Positions 44,538 through 56,174 are shown, counted from the first letter of the stretch. The stretch: 64,000 nucleotides of DNA from a virus (IMGVR_UViG_2595698399_000001:8535-72534), one strand, 5' to 3'. A program made the numbers and translations. Notes: generated by a model not told the origin, from the letters alone.

Positions 44538-47024
44538 ATGAATAATAAAAGTAAAAACCTTAAAATGGCAGCTCACAGAACTCAGCCAGACCCTTTCGCA
44601 TCTTCCGAAGAAAAAGGAAGTGAAGAGTATGGTTTGAAGTTCGGTAAGTTAATAGAACACGAATGGTTCTTTATTAAATCAGGAGGCACAGATAGCCAGT
44701 TTTATGATAAGCAAGCTAAGTTCCACGAGCTTAGAAAGTACGCTAGAGGTGAACACGATACCGGATTAACTAAGAAACTTATTTCAGATGGAGTGGATGG
44801 AGAGTCTTATACCAACTACGATTGGAGACCTATTCAAATACTTCCTAAATTTATTAAGTTAGTAGTAAATCAAATGCTAGAGCGTCTATATGAAATAGAT
44901 GCCCAAGCTATTGACGGAATCTCGCAAGGCTTAAGAGACGAGTATAAAGACATACTTCAAAAGAACATGGTTGCAAAACCTATGTTAGAAGACGCTAAAA
45001 ATTTACTAGGTATAGACTTATCCCCAGATGGAATGGGAGAAATACCTGACAGTAATGAAGAGCTAGACCTTCACATGAATCTTAACTACAAGCCTGCCAT
45101 TGAGGTGGCTATAGAACAAGCTTTAAAGTATACCTTAGAGTTAAACGAGTACGATGAGACTCAAAAAATGATGTTGAAAGATTTGACAGAGATCGGTGTG
45201 GCCGCTCTACACCACAGGACTGACCCTACAAAAGGAATAGTAGCTGAGTATAGAGACCCTGCGGATATGGTCTGGTCTTACCCAACAAGGAGTAATTTTG
45301 AAAATGTATACTACTACGGATCAGCTAGAAGGTTGACACTTAACGAAGTACAAAGATTATCAGGTAAGAAGTTCTCTCAGGATGAGCTTGAAAAATATGC
45401 CAACGTTTCAAAAGAATGGGGTGCATATAATAAAATATCTAACGAGTTCTGGTACAGAGGTGAGGATTTAACAAACTACCAAGTAGACGTATTAGACTTC
45501 ACATTCAAGACGACTAAGTTAACTAAATACAAAAAGAAGTATAAGAAAAATGGAGGGTTTTCAATAATAGAAAAACCTTCTGATTATATCAAACCTCAAA
45601 GTATTTTAGACAAAGAAGAAAAGCAAGGGTTTAAAGAGTACGACATCCTAGAGAATGTGGATGAAGTATGGTACGAAGGTTCTTTAGTAATAGGTACAGA
45701 TTTATTATTCAACTACGGGGAGTGTACTAATATGCTTAGGCCAGAGGGATACATAAACAATAAAGTTATGTCTAACTATGTTGTATACGCACCGGAATTA
45801 TACCAAGGACGTATCCAATCTTTAGTTGGGAGGGTGACTCAATACATAGACCAATTACAACAAATTCAAGTTAAGATACAACAATTCATTGCCAAGGCTA
45901 AGCCTAACGGGATATGGATAGATGTTGACGGTCTACAAGAATTAGATATGGGTGAGGGTAACACCTTCGGGCCTTTGGAATTAATCAGGTACTACGATGA
46001 AACGGGTAACCTTTTAGGTACTTCTAAGTTAGCGGATGGCAATTACAATAACGGAGCTATGCCTATTAAAGAGCTTAATAACGGTGGTATGGCAGGTTTA
46101 GAGCAGTTAATGAACTCTTACAACTTCCATTTGAACTTATTCAGAGAAGCTATTGGTATAGGACAAGGTGCCGACGGTACTTTACCAGACCCTAGAACTT
46201 CTAACGGAGCTTTAGAAGCACAACAAAATAAATCCAACGTTGCGACTAGGTACATCCTAGATGCTCAACTTAAAATAACACAGTACTTAGCCAATGGACT
46301 TTCATTGAGACTAAAGGATATTTTCAAGTATTCTAATCTTAAGAAGGCTTACATAAATTCTATAGGTAAAGTTAATGTGGATGTATTGAAGTCTATACAA
46401 AACCTTCACTTACACGATTTTGGTATTACTATTAAGCTTAAACCAGACGCACAAGATAGAGCCATGTTAGAGAATAACATACAGGCCGAGATTGCTGCAG
46501 GCGGACTTTCTACAGTAGATGGTATTGACATTAGAAGAATAGGGAATATTACCCTAGCTAATGAAATGCTTAAAATAAGAAAGAAGAAGAACATAGAGGA
46601 AAATCACAAGAGGGAGCTTGAAAAAATCGAAGCTAACGGAGAGGCATCTGCTAGGGGTGCTCAAGCAGCAGCGGAAGCTAAGCAAAGTGAAATGTCCATG
46701 GAGTTCGACTTTAAGAAGCAAATACTATTATTAGAGAGAGAAAGTGCGGAGCTTAGAACTAACGGAGAGTTAGAAGCTAAGAGGTTACTTATGGCAGACG
46801 AATATTTCTACCAAACAGGTATTCAAGCAGAACTTGATAAGAACACTAAAAACTTGGAGAAATATAAGGAAGACAGAAAGGACGAAAGAACTAAGATACA
46901 AGCAACGCAGCAATCTAAGATTAAGTCAGAGCAAAGTAAAGAAGGTGGAGGAGAGGCCATAGATTTCAGATCTGGTAACACTAGTATCACAGGTGACTTA
47001 GGAATGGACGACTTTACAGCATAA
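44538..47024 (+). CDS. portal protein
   Basis: Follows terminase; LRKYARGE, DWRPIQILPKF, YYDETG; C-terminal coiled coil. Confidence 0.8.
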   Translation: MNNKSKNLKMAAHRTQPDPFASSEEKGSEEYGLKFGKLIEHEWFFIKSGGTDSQFYDKQAKFHELRKYARGEHDTGLTKKLISDGVDGESYTNYDWRPIQILPKFIKLVVNQMLERLYEIDAQAIDGISQGLRDEYKDILQKNMVAKPMLEDAKNLLGIDLSPDGMGEIPDSNEELDLHMNLNYKPAIEVAIEQALKYTLELNEYDETQKMMLKDLTEIGVAALHHRTDPTKGIVAEYRDPADMVWSYPTRSNFENVYYYGSARRLTLNEVQRLSGKKFSQDELEKYANVSKEWGAYNKISNEFWYRGEDLTNYQVDVLDFTFKTTKLTKYKKKYKKNGGFSIIEKPSDYIKPQSILDKEEKQGFKEYDILENVDEVWYEGSLVIGTDLLFNYGECTNMLRPEGYINNKVMSNYVVYAPELYQGRIQSLVGRVTQYIDQLQQIQVKIQQFIAKAKPNGIWIDVDGLQELDMGEGNTFGPLELIRYYDETGNLLGTSKLADGNYNNGAMPIKELNNGGMAGLEQLMNSYNFHLNLFREAIGIGQGADGTLPDPRTSNGALEAQQNKSNVATRYILDAQLKITQYLANGLSLRLKDIFKYSNLKKAYINSIGKVNVDVLKSIQNLHLHDFGITIKLKPDAQDRAMLENNIQAEIAAGGLSTVDGIDIRRIGNITLANEMLKIRKKKNIEENHKRELEKIEANGEASARGAQAAAEAKQSEMSMEFDFKKQILLLERESAELRTNGELEAKRLLMADEYFYQTGIQAELDKNTKNLEKYKEDRKDERTKIQATQQSKIKSEQSKEGGGEAIDFRSGNTSITGDLGMDDFTA

Positions 47025-47085
47025 AAAAAGCATATATAATAATTACTATCTTTGTAAGGTAGTTTCAAACTAAATTCAATTCAAT

Positions 47086-48288
47086 ATGGCATTTTTCAAA
47101 AAACAAGGGGATAACCTAAGTAGAGCAGCATCTATTATATCAGGCATTTCCAAAACTCCTTCTGGTGAACCAAAACCACCAGTAGAGCCAACAATAGAAC
47201 CAACAGTAGAGCCAACAGTAGAGCCAACAATAGAACCTACAGTAGAGCCAACAATAGAACCAACAGTAGAGCCTACAGTAGAGCCTACAGATAATATACC
47301 ACCAGTAGAAGAGGGAGTTGCAGACCCAATTCCTCCGGTGGAAGTAAAACCAGAAGTTCCTAAACCAGTAGAAACTCCTGAGGTTACGCCAGAAGTTACA
47401 GAAGAAGCACTATTATCATTATTGAGCGAGAGGCTAGGTAGAAGTATTAGTAGTGTAGACGATCTTAAACAGAAGGAAGTTGATCCGGAGGTAGAAGCAC
47501 TTTTAAAGTGGAAAGAAGACACAGGTTTAAGCTTATCAGATTGGTCTGAATACAATAAAGATTTTTCAAGTATGAAGGACTTGGACGTGGCTAGAGAGAT
47601 TCTATCCCAAGAGTTTCCAAACTTCACAGACGAAGAAATAGAGTATTCATTAAAAGACTATATTTACGATGAGGACTATGACGACGACGGAGATAAGATG
47701 CGTAAAAACATAAATCTTAAGAAGTTCGCCAAAGAGGGGCGGGAAAAGTTAGAGTCTAGTAAAGTTAATTTACCTAAAGGTAATAAACAACCTAGCCTGA
47801 CAAAAGAGCAACAAGAGGCTATTAATTTTGCTAATCAGTTTAAGGAAACCCAAGCAGCTAGTGCAAAAGCTACCGAGGATTATAACTTGAACATTTCAAA
47901 ACAATCTCAATCTCTTGAAGCTATAGAGCTGAATTTGAAAGAGGGGATGACGTTAAAGTACAGCATCCCCGAAGAGACTAGAAGAAATTTACCTAAAATG
48001 GTCGCAGAAATGCCTCATTGGTATAATGAAGATGGTTCTTACAATCACGCTAATGTAGTTAAAGATGTTGCAAAAGTAACAAACTTCGACGCTATGATAC
48101 AAGCTGCTTATAATCAAGGAGTTGAATCAGGAAAAGAAGGACAGATTAGAGTAGGGGCTAACATCACAATAGATGGATCACCTTCTCCGGCAAAGCCGAC
48201 AACAAAGAAAGGTAATATAGAAAGTGTTGTAAGCAACATAACAGGGGGTAGACAAGGCTCTAAATTACGTTTCAAACGAAAAAAGTAA
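47086..48288 (+). CDS. putative capsid scaffolding protein
   Basis: Acidic, between portal and capsid; Pro-rich repeats. Confidence 0.6.
   Translation: MAFFKKQGDNLSRAASIISGISKTPSGEPKPPVEPTIEPTVEPTVEPTIEPTVEPTIEPTVEPTVEPTDNIPPVEEGVADPIPPVEVKPEVPKPVETPEVTPEVTEEALLSLLSERLGRSISSVDDLKQKEVDPEVEALLKWKEDTGLSLSDWSEYNKDFSSMKDLDVAREILSQEFPNFTDEEIEYSLKDYIYDEDYDDDGDKMRKNINLKKFAKEGREKLESSKVNLPKGNKQPSLTKEQQEAINFANQFKETQAASAKATEDYNLNISKQSQSLEAIELNLKEGMTLKYSIPEETRRNLPKMVAEMPHWYNEDGSYNHANVVKDVAKVTNFDAMIQAAYNQGVESGKEGQIRVGANITIDGSPSPAKPTTKKGNIESVVSNITGGRQGSKLRFKRKK
47182..47289 (+). repeat. 9 x 12-bp coding tandem repeat ([VI]EPT)
   Basis: GTAGAGCCAACA / ATAGAACCAACA units. Confidence 0.9.
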
Positions 48289-48317
48289 GAAACACAACCA
48301 AATAACAAATAACAAAA

Positions 48318-49658
48318 ATGGCATTAACAACAGTACCAAGCTATCAAATTTCGCCTAGTTCAGTTAAGGCACCTAGCCAAACTAACTACATCGACGTATT
48401 TGATTACACTAATCAATTCGCCCCAGACGCATACGAGGAGTTGGTATCTATCTATGGAGACCAGTCTCTTACAGGTATGATTTTCAACCTTGGTAGCGAG
48501 GAAGCAATTTCTTCGGATCAATACATCTGGACGGAGAAAGGACGTTTACATACATCTTACGAGTCAGTAGCTCGTACAGGTAACGTCTTCACACAAGCAG
48601 GTCACGTATTCAGAGTAGGTGAAGTAGTAGCTTGTTCAGGTAACGGAGCTTTCCAACTTGGACGTATTTCAGCCGTAACACCTAATACATTTACAGCATT
48701 ACCGTACAAAGCGGCAGGATGGTCTGTAGGTGCGACTGGAATCAAAGCGTTTATCTCTCACACAGAGTTCTTAAAAGGATCTGGCCCTATGGACGGAAGC
48801 CTTGAGACTGACTTCACGGTTCTTAACAACAAGACTATTATCTCAAGAGATAACTACTTGGCGAATGGATCAGAGGTTACACAAGACTCTTGGATTGAGA
48901 CAGATAACGGAGGTTTCGTTTGGTATCTACAATCAGAGTTAGACGGCAGACGTAGATTCGAAGACAGGATCGAGATGGGTCTATTACAAGGTGAGTCTGC
49001 GGAAGCAGGTTCAGAGGCCGGAGCAGCCGGTTTCGATGGTTCAGAAGGACTATTCCAATCTGTAAGAACTAGAGGAAATATGTTCGAAGGATTAGCAACT
49101 ACAATTGCTGATTTTGATACTATCTTGAAGCGTTTCGATGCACAAGGTAAGATTAGAGAATACATGTTCTACGTAGATAGAGACCAGTCTTTAGCTATCG
49201 ATGACTTACTAGGTGAGTTAAACGCAGGTTACTCAGGAGGTATCTCTTACGGTATGTTCGATAACGATGAGCAAATGGCTATCAACCTTGGATTCAGAGG
49301 ATTCAAGAGAGGTTCTTATAACTTCTACAAGTCTGATTGGAAAATCTTAAATGACCCAACACTTTTAGGAGCAGTTGACCCTGCAAACGGAAAAGTACGT
49401 GGTTTACTTGTACCTCACGGGGATACAGAAGTATACGACGGTTCAAGCCCACAAGCAGACAGAGTTACTAAACCTTACTTGTCTATCAAGTACAGAGTTA
49501 AGGGTTCTGAGAACAGAAGACACAAAACATGGATCACTGGATCTGTTGGAACTAACGCTCCTACGGATGGTAACGATCACATGAGAGTTCACCACTTAGC
49601 GGACAGAGGTGTTAGTACCATCGGTGCAAACAACTACATGATCTTCGAAGGGGAGTAA
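48318..49658 (+). CDS. major capsid protein
   Basis: Position; WTEKGRLH, LGFRGFKRGSYNFYKSDWKILND; strongly biased codons; terminator follows. Confidence 0.85.
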   Translation: MALTTVPSYQISPSSVKAPSQTNYIDVFDYTNQFAPDAYEELVSIYGDQSLTGMIFNLGSEEAISSDQYIWTEKGRLHTSYESVARTGNVFTQAGHVFRVGEVVACSGNGAFQLGRISAVTPNTFTALPYKAAGWSVGATGIKAFISHTEFLKGSGPMDGSLETDFTVLNNKTIISRDNYLANGSEVTQDSWIETDNGGFVWYLQSELDGRRRFEDRIEMGLLQGESAEAGSEAGAAGFDGSEGLFQSVRTRGNMFEGLATTIADFDTILKRFDAQGKIREYMFYVDRDQSLAIDDLLGELNAGYSGGISYGMFDNDEQMAINLGFRGFKRGSYNFYKSDWKILNDPTLLGAVDPANGKVRGLLVPHGDTEVYDGSSPQADRVTKPYLSIKYRVKGSENRRHKTWITGSVGTNAPTDGNDHMRVHHLADRGVSTIGANNYMIFEGE

Positions 49659-49665
49659 TAAAACT

Positions 49666-49691
49666 AAGGGGGTCTAATCGCCCCCTTTTTT
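49666..49691 (+). terminator. intrinsic terminator after capsid gene
   Basis: AAGGGGGT-CTAATC-GCCCCCTTTTTT. Confidence 0.8.
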
Positions 49692-49727
49692 AATTTCAAT
49701 AATTTAACTTTAATTCAACAGAACAAA

Positions 49728-50528
49728 ATGGCAGCACCAAAAAAAGCAGCTACAAAAGCAGCAACATCAAAAACAGTATTACAAGAAAAAGAATACAGAC
49801 TACTAGATTTCCAACCACTTACTTACACTATTAAGACAGGTAGAGATAACAACTTACTTGTGTGGGATGAGGAATCACAATCTACAAGAGCTATCAAGCA
49901 TTGCCCTAACGAAAAATCAATCTTCGTAGACGAGCAATCTGACAAGGCGGTAGTTAGAGCAATTGTGTTCCTTAATGGACTCTTAAGCACAAAAGCATCA
50001 GAAAAAACAACACAAGACTTTTTAGAAAATCACCCAAAAAGAGGTATCTTATTTGAACTAATCGACGCAGCAGCAGACGCACAAGTGTTCTCTGACATCG
50101 AGGAAATTAAATTAGACGTTAAGCAAGCTATTAGATTAAAAGCTAAAGAAGAAACTGGAATGACTGAACTACGTTTAATCGTATCGGTATTGAACAATGA
50201 CTCTTTAAGCGCATCTAAAATGGAGCCTGCAGAAGTTAAGAACGAGCTTTACAGCTTGGTTGAAACTAACTTAAATAGGTTCGTAGACATGGAGACTGGC
50301 GAGGTTACTGTGTTTGACGACGTAGATATACAAAGAATGGCCCTTGCCCAACACTCATTTGACTCAGGAGTAATCCAAGTAAGTGCAGACGGAAACAAGG
50401 TAATGTGGTCAGATAACAAGAAAACAATTTGCATGATTCCTTCGGGTCAAAACCACTTAGATTTCTTCGCTAAGTACTTAGGTACAGAAGAAGGTATCCA
50501 AGTAGCAAAGGAAATTTCTAAACGATAA
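49728..50528 (+). CDS. conserved protein following the capsid gene
   Basis: 266 aa; NEKSIFVDEQ, IVFLNG, FLENHP. Confidence 0.75.
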   Translation: MAAPKKAATKAATSKTVLQEKEYRLLDFQPLTYTIKTGRDNNLLVWDEESQSTRAIKHCPNEKSIFVDEQSDKAVVRAIVFLNGLLSTKASEKTTQDFLENHPKRGILFELIDAAADAQVFSDIEEIKLDVKQAIRLKAKEETGMTELRLIVSVLNNDSLSASKMEPAEVKNELYSLVETNLNRFVDMETGEVTVFDDVDIQRMALAQHSFDSGVIQVSADGNKVMWSDNKKTICMIPSGQNHLDFFAKYLGTEEGIQVAKEISKR

Positions 50529-50611
50529 AAACAATCACTTACTATTTTAAGACGAGCCCCTTTGGGGCTTTTCTTTTTTCCGTATATTTGTAATACATAA
50601 AAATAGATAAG

Positions 50612-51310
50612 ATGATAAACAAAGTATTCGATCTTTTAAAGACGATCGTAAATAAAGAGGTCAGAGGGAACGTACCTTCTCCTGACGAACTTAACTTAAT
50701 AGCCAAGCAAGTACAATCAGAAATATTCAGAGCCTATTTTGAGGACGAGAATAGAGATAAGATTAAACAGAACAGGGGGGCCACTAGTAGCGGATACTCT
50801 AACTTGGCATTCAACCAAAGACAGAAGATAGACCAATTCTCAGATAAAGCTGCCTTAGTTGTATCAACTGGATCAGACTTCCTTTTACCAGACGACTTAT
50901 ACCAAATAAAGGATAATGGTCTAGACTACAACGGTAAAGTAATTTCTGAGATGGAGGGGCAGAGGTTTTCTTTCGCTAACACGTCTCTAATGAAGCCTAG
51001 CGAAACATTCCCAACATACGAGAGATACGGTAATAAAATATCAGTATCGCCAAACACAATAACATCCGGGGTTACTTGCAGGTATACAAGGATTCCTAAA
51101 GACCCTAAATGGACTTACTCAATAGCCTTTGACAGAGAGTTCTTCAACCCTTCTGCGGACGACTTCCAAGATTTTGAGCTACACGAGTCAGAGTTTTCTA
51201 ACATAGTAGTTAGAATGCTATCTTACTTAGGTATTCACATAAGAGAAGTAGAAGTTACTCAATATGCTGAGAAACTTAAAGAGAAAACAGAAATAAGAGA
51301 CGAACAATAA
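50612..51310 (+). CDS. tail/neck ring (adaptor) protein
   Basis: NKEVRG...P.ELN..AKQVQ...PKDPKW...DFELHESE. Confidence 0.65.
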   Translation: MINKVFDLLKTIVNKEVRGNVPSPDELNLIAKQVQSEIFRAYFEDENRDKIKQNRGATSSGYSNLAFNQRQKIDQFSDKAALVVSTGSDFLLPDDLYQIKDNGLDYNGKVISEMEGQRFSFANTSLMKPSETFPTYERYGNKISVSPNTITSGVTCRYTRIPKDPKWTYSIAFDREFFNPSADDFQDFELHESEFSNIVVRMLSYLGIHIREVEVTQYAEKLKEKTEIRDEQ

Positions 51311-51321
51311 AATAGAGTACA

Positions 51322-52173
51322 ATGGCATTACATAATTTTACAAATTTAGATGAATACTACAGCGACTCTAGCCAGTTCGGTGAGTATCAATATACGACAC
51401 TAGAAGAGATAATAAGTAACTACATGTTCGGAATGTCCGACGATGATTACACTATAAACTCAGATAGAAACAGAGTAGCACTATTCGGTAAGAAAGGGGT
51501 TAGGGAATTATACTTTGACGTAGTTAACGAGGTTATATCTATAGAACTAGATTTAAGTCCGACATTAACAATACCACTTCCACATGACTACATAGCATTT
51601 ACTAGGATTTCATGGGTAGACGACACAGGTAAATTGCACCCTCTTGCAGTAGACAAGAGTAATAACTTATCTCAAGCGTTCTTACAAGCAAACGACTACG
51701 AATTTTTATACGACGTAAACGGAGATATTTTAAAAGGTAGTCACATACAAAACTTACCGGAGAACAGTAAGAGAGTAGACTCGCAGTCTCCTAGCGGAAG
51801 CTCTCCAACTTTCAACTTGGATAGGTCTAAGATGTATAATAACGGTAGCTATAGGATAGACAAAACTAAAGGGGAGATACAATTTTCATCGGCAGTAGAC
51901 GGGAGAACGATAGTTTTAGACTACATAAGCGACGGACTGTTCCAAAGGGATGATAGTGATATAAAAATACATAAGTTCGCTGAGGACGCCTTAGACTCAT
52001 TTATTTACTACAATTTAGTAAAAAGAAATAGGAGCGTACCGGCCAATGAGAAATACAGAGCCGAAAAAGAGTGGTGGAATCTTAGAAGGATCGCCAAAAG
52101 AAGAATAAACCCTGTTAATTACGACAACATTAAGCAAGTTCTTAAAGGTGGGTCAAGATGGATTAAAGATTAA
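51322..52173 (+). CDS. tail/neck ring structural protein
   Basis: LPHDY, LDYISDG, IHKFAE; structural block. Confidence 0.65.
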   Translation: MALHNFTNLDEYYSDSSQFGEYQYTTLEEIISNYMFGMSDDDYTINSDRNRVALFGKKGVRELYFDVVNEVISIELDLSPTLTIPLPHDYIAFTRISWVDDTGKLHPLAVDKSNNLSQAFLQANDYEFLYDVNGDILKGSHIQNLPENSKRVDSQSPSGSSPTFNLDRSKMYNNGSYRIDKTKGEIQFSSAVDGRTIVLDYISDGLFQRDDSDIKIHKFAEDALDSFIYYNLVKRNRSVPANEKYRAEKEWWNLRRIAKRRINPVNYDNIKQVLKGGSRWIKD

Positions 52174-52178
52174 AAACA

Positions 52179-55100
52179 ATGATAGAAATTAAAAACTTAT
52201 TTACATCTGGAAAAATGAACAAGGGTGCTGACTCTAGACTTATGCCTGACGGAGAGTATAGAGATGCCTTGAATATAAAGCTAAGCACTTCACAAGGTTC
52301 AGATATAGGGGCTATAGAGAACTGCCTATCTACAAAGCAATTAACAACGCTTCCTCTTGGAAGTACAGTTAATACTTTGGGGGCCTTCTTTGATAGCTCG
52401 GCAGATATGATTTACTGGTTTGTTAATTCAAATACAGGGGATTATGTAATAGAGTACGACACTATTTCAGATTCGTCTACTATAATCTTGACAGACACTA
52501 CAGCAAACGTATTAAACTTTAACCCTGACTACCTTATTACTGGTGTCGGGGTTATCGTGGATACAGACAGTAATAAAAGAATACTTGTTTGGACTGACGG
52601 AATTAATCCTGTAAGGTCTATAAATATAAACACAGCAAAAGGGTATTCTGCGAATGGTTTCAACGACTCTCAAATATCTCTAGCAAAAGCTCCTCCATTG
52701 TATCCACCGACTATGGTATTAGGTACAACGGACACAGAGCAAGAAAATAACTTACTTAATAGATTCCTTAGGTTTTCTTACAGATACAAGTATGCCGATG
52801 GTGAGGTAAGCGCATTCTCTCCATTTACTGAGACTGCATTCTCTCCAAAAAACTTTAACTACGATTACTCTATATCTTCTAACGAGTCTATGGAGAATCA
52901 ATACAATACAGTAGACATCTCTTTCAACACAGGGGTGAGTGAAGTTGTAGGTATCGATATACTTATGAAGGAGTCTAGTAGCAGTAATGTATCATTGGTA
53001 CAAAGCTTTAATAAAGAAGAAGAAAACTGGGGGAATGGAGAAACAAAGACATTCACATTTTCAAATAATAAAATATCTACGGTTTTACCGTCAGACCAAC
53101 TTAGTAGACTTTACGACGCAGTACCACTTTCAGCCAAGGCTTTAGAGCTTATCGGTAATAGAATTGTATTAGGTAACTACGTAGAGGGCTACAACATAGA
53201 GGATGCATCTGGTAACAGAATCAAGATAGATTTTTCAGTAGAGGTGTTATCTACATCTGTACCTAGCGGACAACCTAGAGCCACTTTAAAAAGTAATAGG
53301 GGTTACGAAGTTGGTATAGTTTACTTAGATGATTACGGAAGGATGACGACCGTTCTTACTAGCCCTACAAACACTACTCACATTAGTAATGGTAATTGCG
53401 TAGACCAAAATAAGCTAAGGGTTACTATTGAGAATGAGGCACCTAGTTGGGCAACTAAATACAGATTCTTCTTAAAGCAAACTAGAACTGACTATGAAAC
53501 AATCGTACCATCTATCTTTTACCAAGATGGCGTATACGTGTGGATTAAAATTGAAGCCGACGAACAAAATAAATTTGATGTTGGTGATTTTATCTATGTT
53601 AAGTCAGACTCTACGCAAGTTTTAGATAAGGCGGTTCAGACTAGAGTATTAGAGCTAGTTAACCAAGAGGAGAATTTCTTAGAGGATCCTGAGGACGATT
53701 CTATAACTACGGTAAACCAGATTAGAGGTACTTACTTTAAAATTAAGCCAGTAGACTTTAGAATCAGAGAAGAGGATTTCCAAATCTACGAGAATGTTAC
53801 ATACGGTTTTAGGTCTACAAATAGTTCAAATAACTTCAATAACGACAGTCTTTACTATGTAGAGGAGCCAGTTTATTACGGTACTACTGGTATAGACGAT
53901 TTATCTTCTGCCGGAACATACACAGGGAGTACAGATATAAGATACATAGTAGATATAAACGCAGTAGGGGCTACAGATTCATTTAGATGGAGTAGTGACG
54001 GAGGACTTACCTATAGCGCTGACATTGCCATAACTGGCGGTAATCAGGTCATGGAAAAAGGAATAACTGTAAAATTCGATAACGTTTCAGGTCACTCTTT
54101 AGATGATAACTGGATTTTATCTGCAAAGTCAGGGCAAGTTACTATGAACGTTAGAAGTAGTGAAGCCTCTGGATCGGCAGGTACAACCAAGAGATCTGCT
54201 ATTATGCATTACGCAGGTAAGCAAAAAACAGCCGTTGGAGGGGAGACTATTAAAGGTGGGGCCAATATCACAATAGTGTACGACGATACAGCTAGTGACG
54301 GGGCCAATGACGATAACAGTATTAAATACACACAGTCGTTCAACGCCACTAGAGACTACGCAAACTTAGAAGAGTGGTTCTACGGTGATAATATTATAGA
54401 CACTTTACAATACCCAACTTCTGACCAAGCGGATAGAGTTATCTTTAGAAGAGGAGAAGAGGATTCGGGTAATTCCGAGGGGTCTCAAGTAGTTTCTATA
54501 TCTGCCACGGGGTCTAGGATGAATATGTGCTTTATGTCTAAGAAAGGATTTAGCGGTGGGGAAAGAGTTAGAGTTAACAAATTCTCAGAGCCGTCTTTGA
54601 CTATACTAGAGCTTAACAACAATATAATTTTCGAGACTATACCAGTTAACGACGATTCTCAATTGTTCTTTGAGGTAGGTAGGACTTATGAAATTTCTAA
54701 CGGACTGCATAGAAGTACTCACGCAGGGGATGTTAACCAAACATCAAACGCACCGGCCGAGTTGACTCTACCAGTATACAACGCATTCGCTTGGGGTAAC
54801 GCATTCGAGAGCTATAAGATAAAGGATTTATTCAATGAAAAGTCCATGAAGATAGATAGCAGGCCTTCGGGAGTTATCCAAGACTATAGACAAAATAATA
54901 GGATTGCAGACCTTACATATAGTAAGCCATTTGAAAAGTCTACTAATTACAACGGAATAAACGAGTTTAACTTGTCTACAGCCAACTTCATGCAAATGGA
55001 TGACAGATACGGAAGTATTCAAAAGTTATTCTCTGCGGAAACAAACTTAGAGGTATACCAAGAGGACAAGATACATAACGTACTTTACTCTAAAGATGTC

Positions 55101-56153
55101 TTATTAGATGCCGATGGAGAGGGTAATATTAAGGAAAGTACTAATGTCTTGGGTGGCACTCCTGTACCATGGTCGGGAGAATATGGTATTTCAAAAAATC
55201 CTGAGAGTCATGCGTCATACGGAAACTCTAGATTCTTTACGGATGCTAGGAGAGGTGTTTTACTTAGAAGAGGTCTAGAAGGAATCACGGAAATAACTTC
55301 TGGTATGGAAGATTTCTTAAGCGATAGTTTTAGACTTAGGCCGGACAACAAGAGGTTCGGGGCGTTTGACCTTAGAGACAAGGAGTATGTAATGCACGAG
55401 AAAGGTGTGTTTACAACAGCCTACAGTAATTTAGTTACGGGATATCCTTCATTCTATTCTTTTAGTCCTGAATGGATGGGTTCTTTGAATAATAAATTTT
55501 ATAGTTTCAAAGGAGGGCAGCTACATAGGCACTATGACGAGAGTAACCCTATTAGAAATAACTTCTACGGTACTCAATACGAGTCTACTATTAAGTTGAT
55601 AATGAATGAAGCTCCTTCGGATATAAAGGTACTAAAGGCTATAAACATTGAGGGCAATAAACCTTGGAGTTCAGTTATTAAATCTTACCTGAATGACGAG
55701 AATACGTCTATTACACAAACTAGCCTATCTGTAGAAGAGTTTTTGAATAAAGAAGGGAAGTTCTATGCGTATCTTAGGAGAAACGAGTTAGAGGGAGATT
55801 ACACCGCCAAGGATGTTTACGGAATTGGAGAGGTTCAATCATCCTCAGGTTCGACTATAACTATAAAAGGAAGTATAGCAGGCACAGCGCTTAGGGTAGG
55901 AGACGACCTTTACAACTCCTCTGGGGTTCGTTTAGGAGAGATTCAAACTTACAGCACTTTGGCCAATACGGTTACACTTACGTCTTCGGTATCAGTACCG
56001 GCCTCGACATTTTTGTTCGGTAAAAAGGACGGTAGAGTAGAGGGTAGTGAAATAAGAGGTTACAATTTTGAGATAGATTTGACAGATTCTACTAACACTA
56101 GAACTGAGTTATTTGCACTTAATGGTGTAGTCTTCAAAAGTTGGCCGTCTTAA
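52179..56153 (+). CDS. tail stabilisation/nozzle protein
   Basis: GKMNK..D.RL.P.GEYRDALN N-terminus, FSYRYKY.DGE.S, GEYGISKNPES; 1324 aa beta-rich. Confidence 0.75.
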   Translation: MIEIKNLFTSGKMNKGADSRLMPDGEYRDALNIKLSTSQGSDIGAIENCLSTKQLTTLPLGSTVNTLGAFFDSSADMIYWFVNSNTGDYVIEYDTISDSSTIILTDTTANVLNFNPDYLITGVGVIVDTDSNKRILVWTDGINPVRSININTAKGYSANGFNDSQISLAKAPPLYPPTMVLGTTDTEQENNLLNRFLRFSYRYKYADGEVSAFSPFTETAFSPKNFNYDYSISSNESMENQYNTVDISFNTGVSEVVGIDILMKESSSSNVSLVQSFNKEEENWGNGETKTFTFSNNKISTVLPSDQLSRLYDAVPLSAKALELIGNRIVLGNYVEGYNIEDASGNRIKIDFSVEVLSTSVPSGQPRATLKSNRGYEVGIVYLDDYGRMTTVLTSPTNTTHISNGNCVDQNKLRVTIENEAPSWATKYRFFLKQTRTDYETIVPSIFYQDGVYVWIKIEADEQNKFDVGDFIYVKSDSTQVLDKAVQTRVLELVNQEENFLEDPEDDSITTVNQIRGTYFKIKPVDFRIREEDFQIYENVTYGFRSTNSSNNFNNDSLYYVEEPVYYGTTGIDDLSSAGTYTGSTDIRYIVDINAVGATDSFRWSSDGGLTYSADIAITGGNQVMEKGITVKFDNVSGHSLDDNWILSAKSGQVTMNVRSSEASGSAGTTKRSAIMHYAGKQKTAVGGETIKGGANITIVYDDTASDGANDDNSIKYTQSFNATRDYANLEEWFYGDNIIDTLQYPTSDQADRVIFRRGEEDSGNSEGSQVVSISATGSRMNMCFMSKKGFSGGERVRVNKFSEPSLTILELNNNIIFETIPVNDDSQLFFEVGRTYEISNGLHRSTHAGDVNQTSNAPAELTLPVYNAFAWGNAFESYKIKDLFNEKSMKIDSRPSGVIQDYRQNNRIADLTYSKPFEKSTNYNGINEFNLSTANFMQMDDRYGSIQKLFSAETNLEVYQEDKIHNVLYSKDVLLDADGEGNIKESTNVLGGTPVPWSGEYGISKNPESHASYGNSRFFTDARRGVLLRRGLEGITEITSGMEDFLSDSFRLRPDNKRFGAFDLRDKEYVMHEKGVFTTAYSNLVTGYPSFYSFSPEWMGSLNNKFYSFKGGQLHRHYDESNPIRNNFYGTQYESTIKLIMNEAPSDIKVLKAINIEGNKPWSSVIKSYLNDENTSITQTSLSVEEFLNKEGKFYAYLRRNELEGDYTAKDVYGIGEVQSSSGSTITIKGSIAGTALRVGDDLYNSSGVRLGEIQTYSTLANTVTLTSSVSVPASTFLFGKKDGRVEGSEIRGYNFEIDLTDSTNTRTELFALNGVVFKSWPS

Positions 56154-56174
56154 ATATTTGTTGTATCTTGTAGT

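Noticed and set aside
47182-47289. Tandem repeat as possible CRISPR or contingency locus
   Set aside because: In-frame 12-bp coding repeat with no spacers; an ordinary Pro-rich linker.
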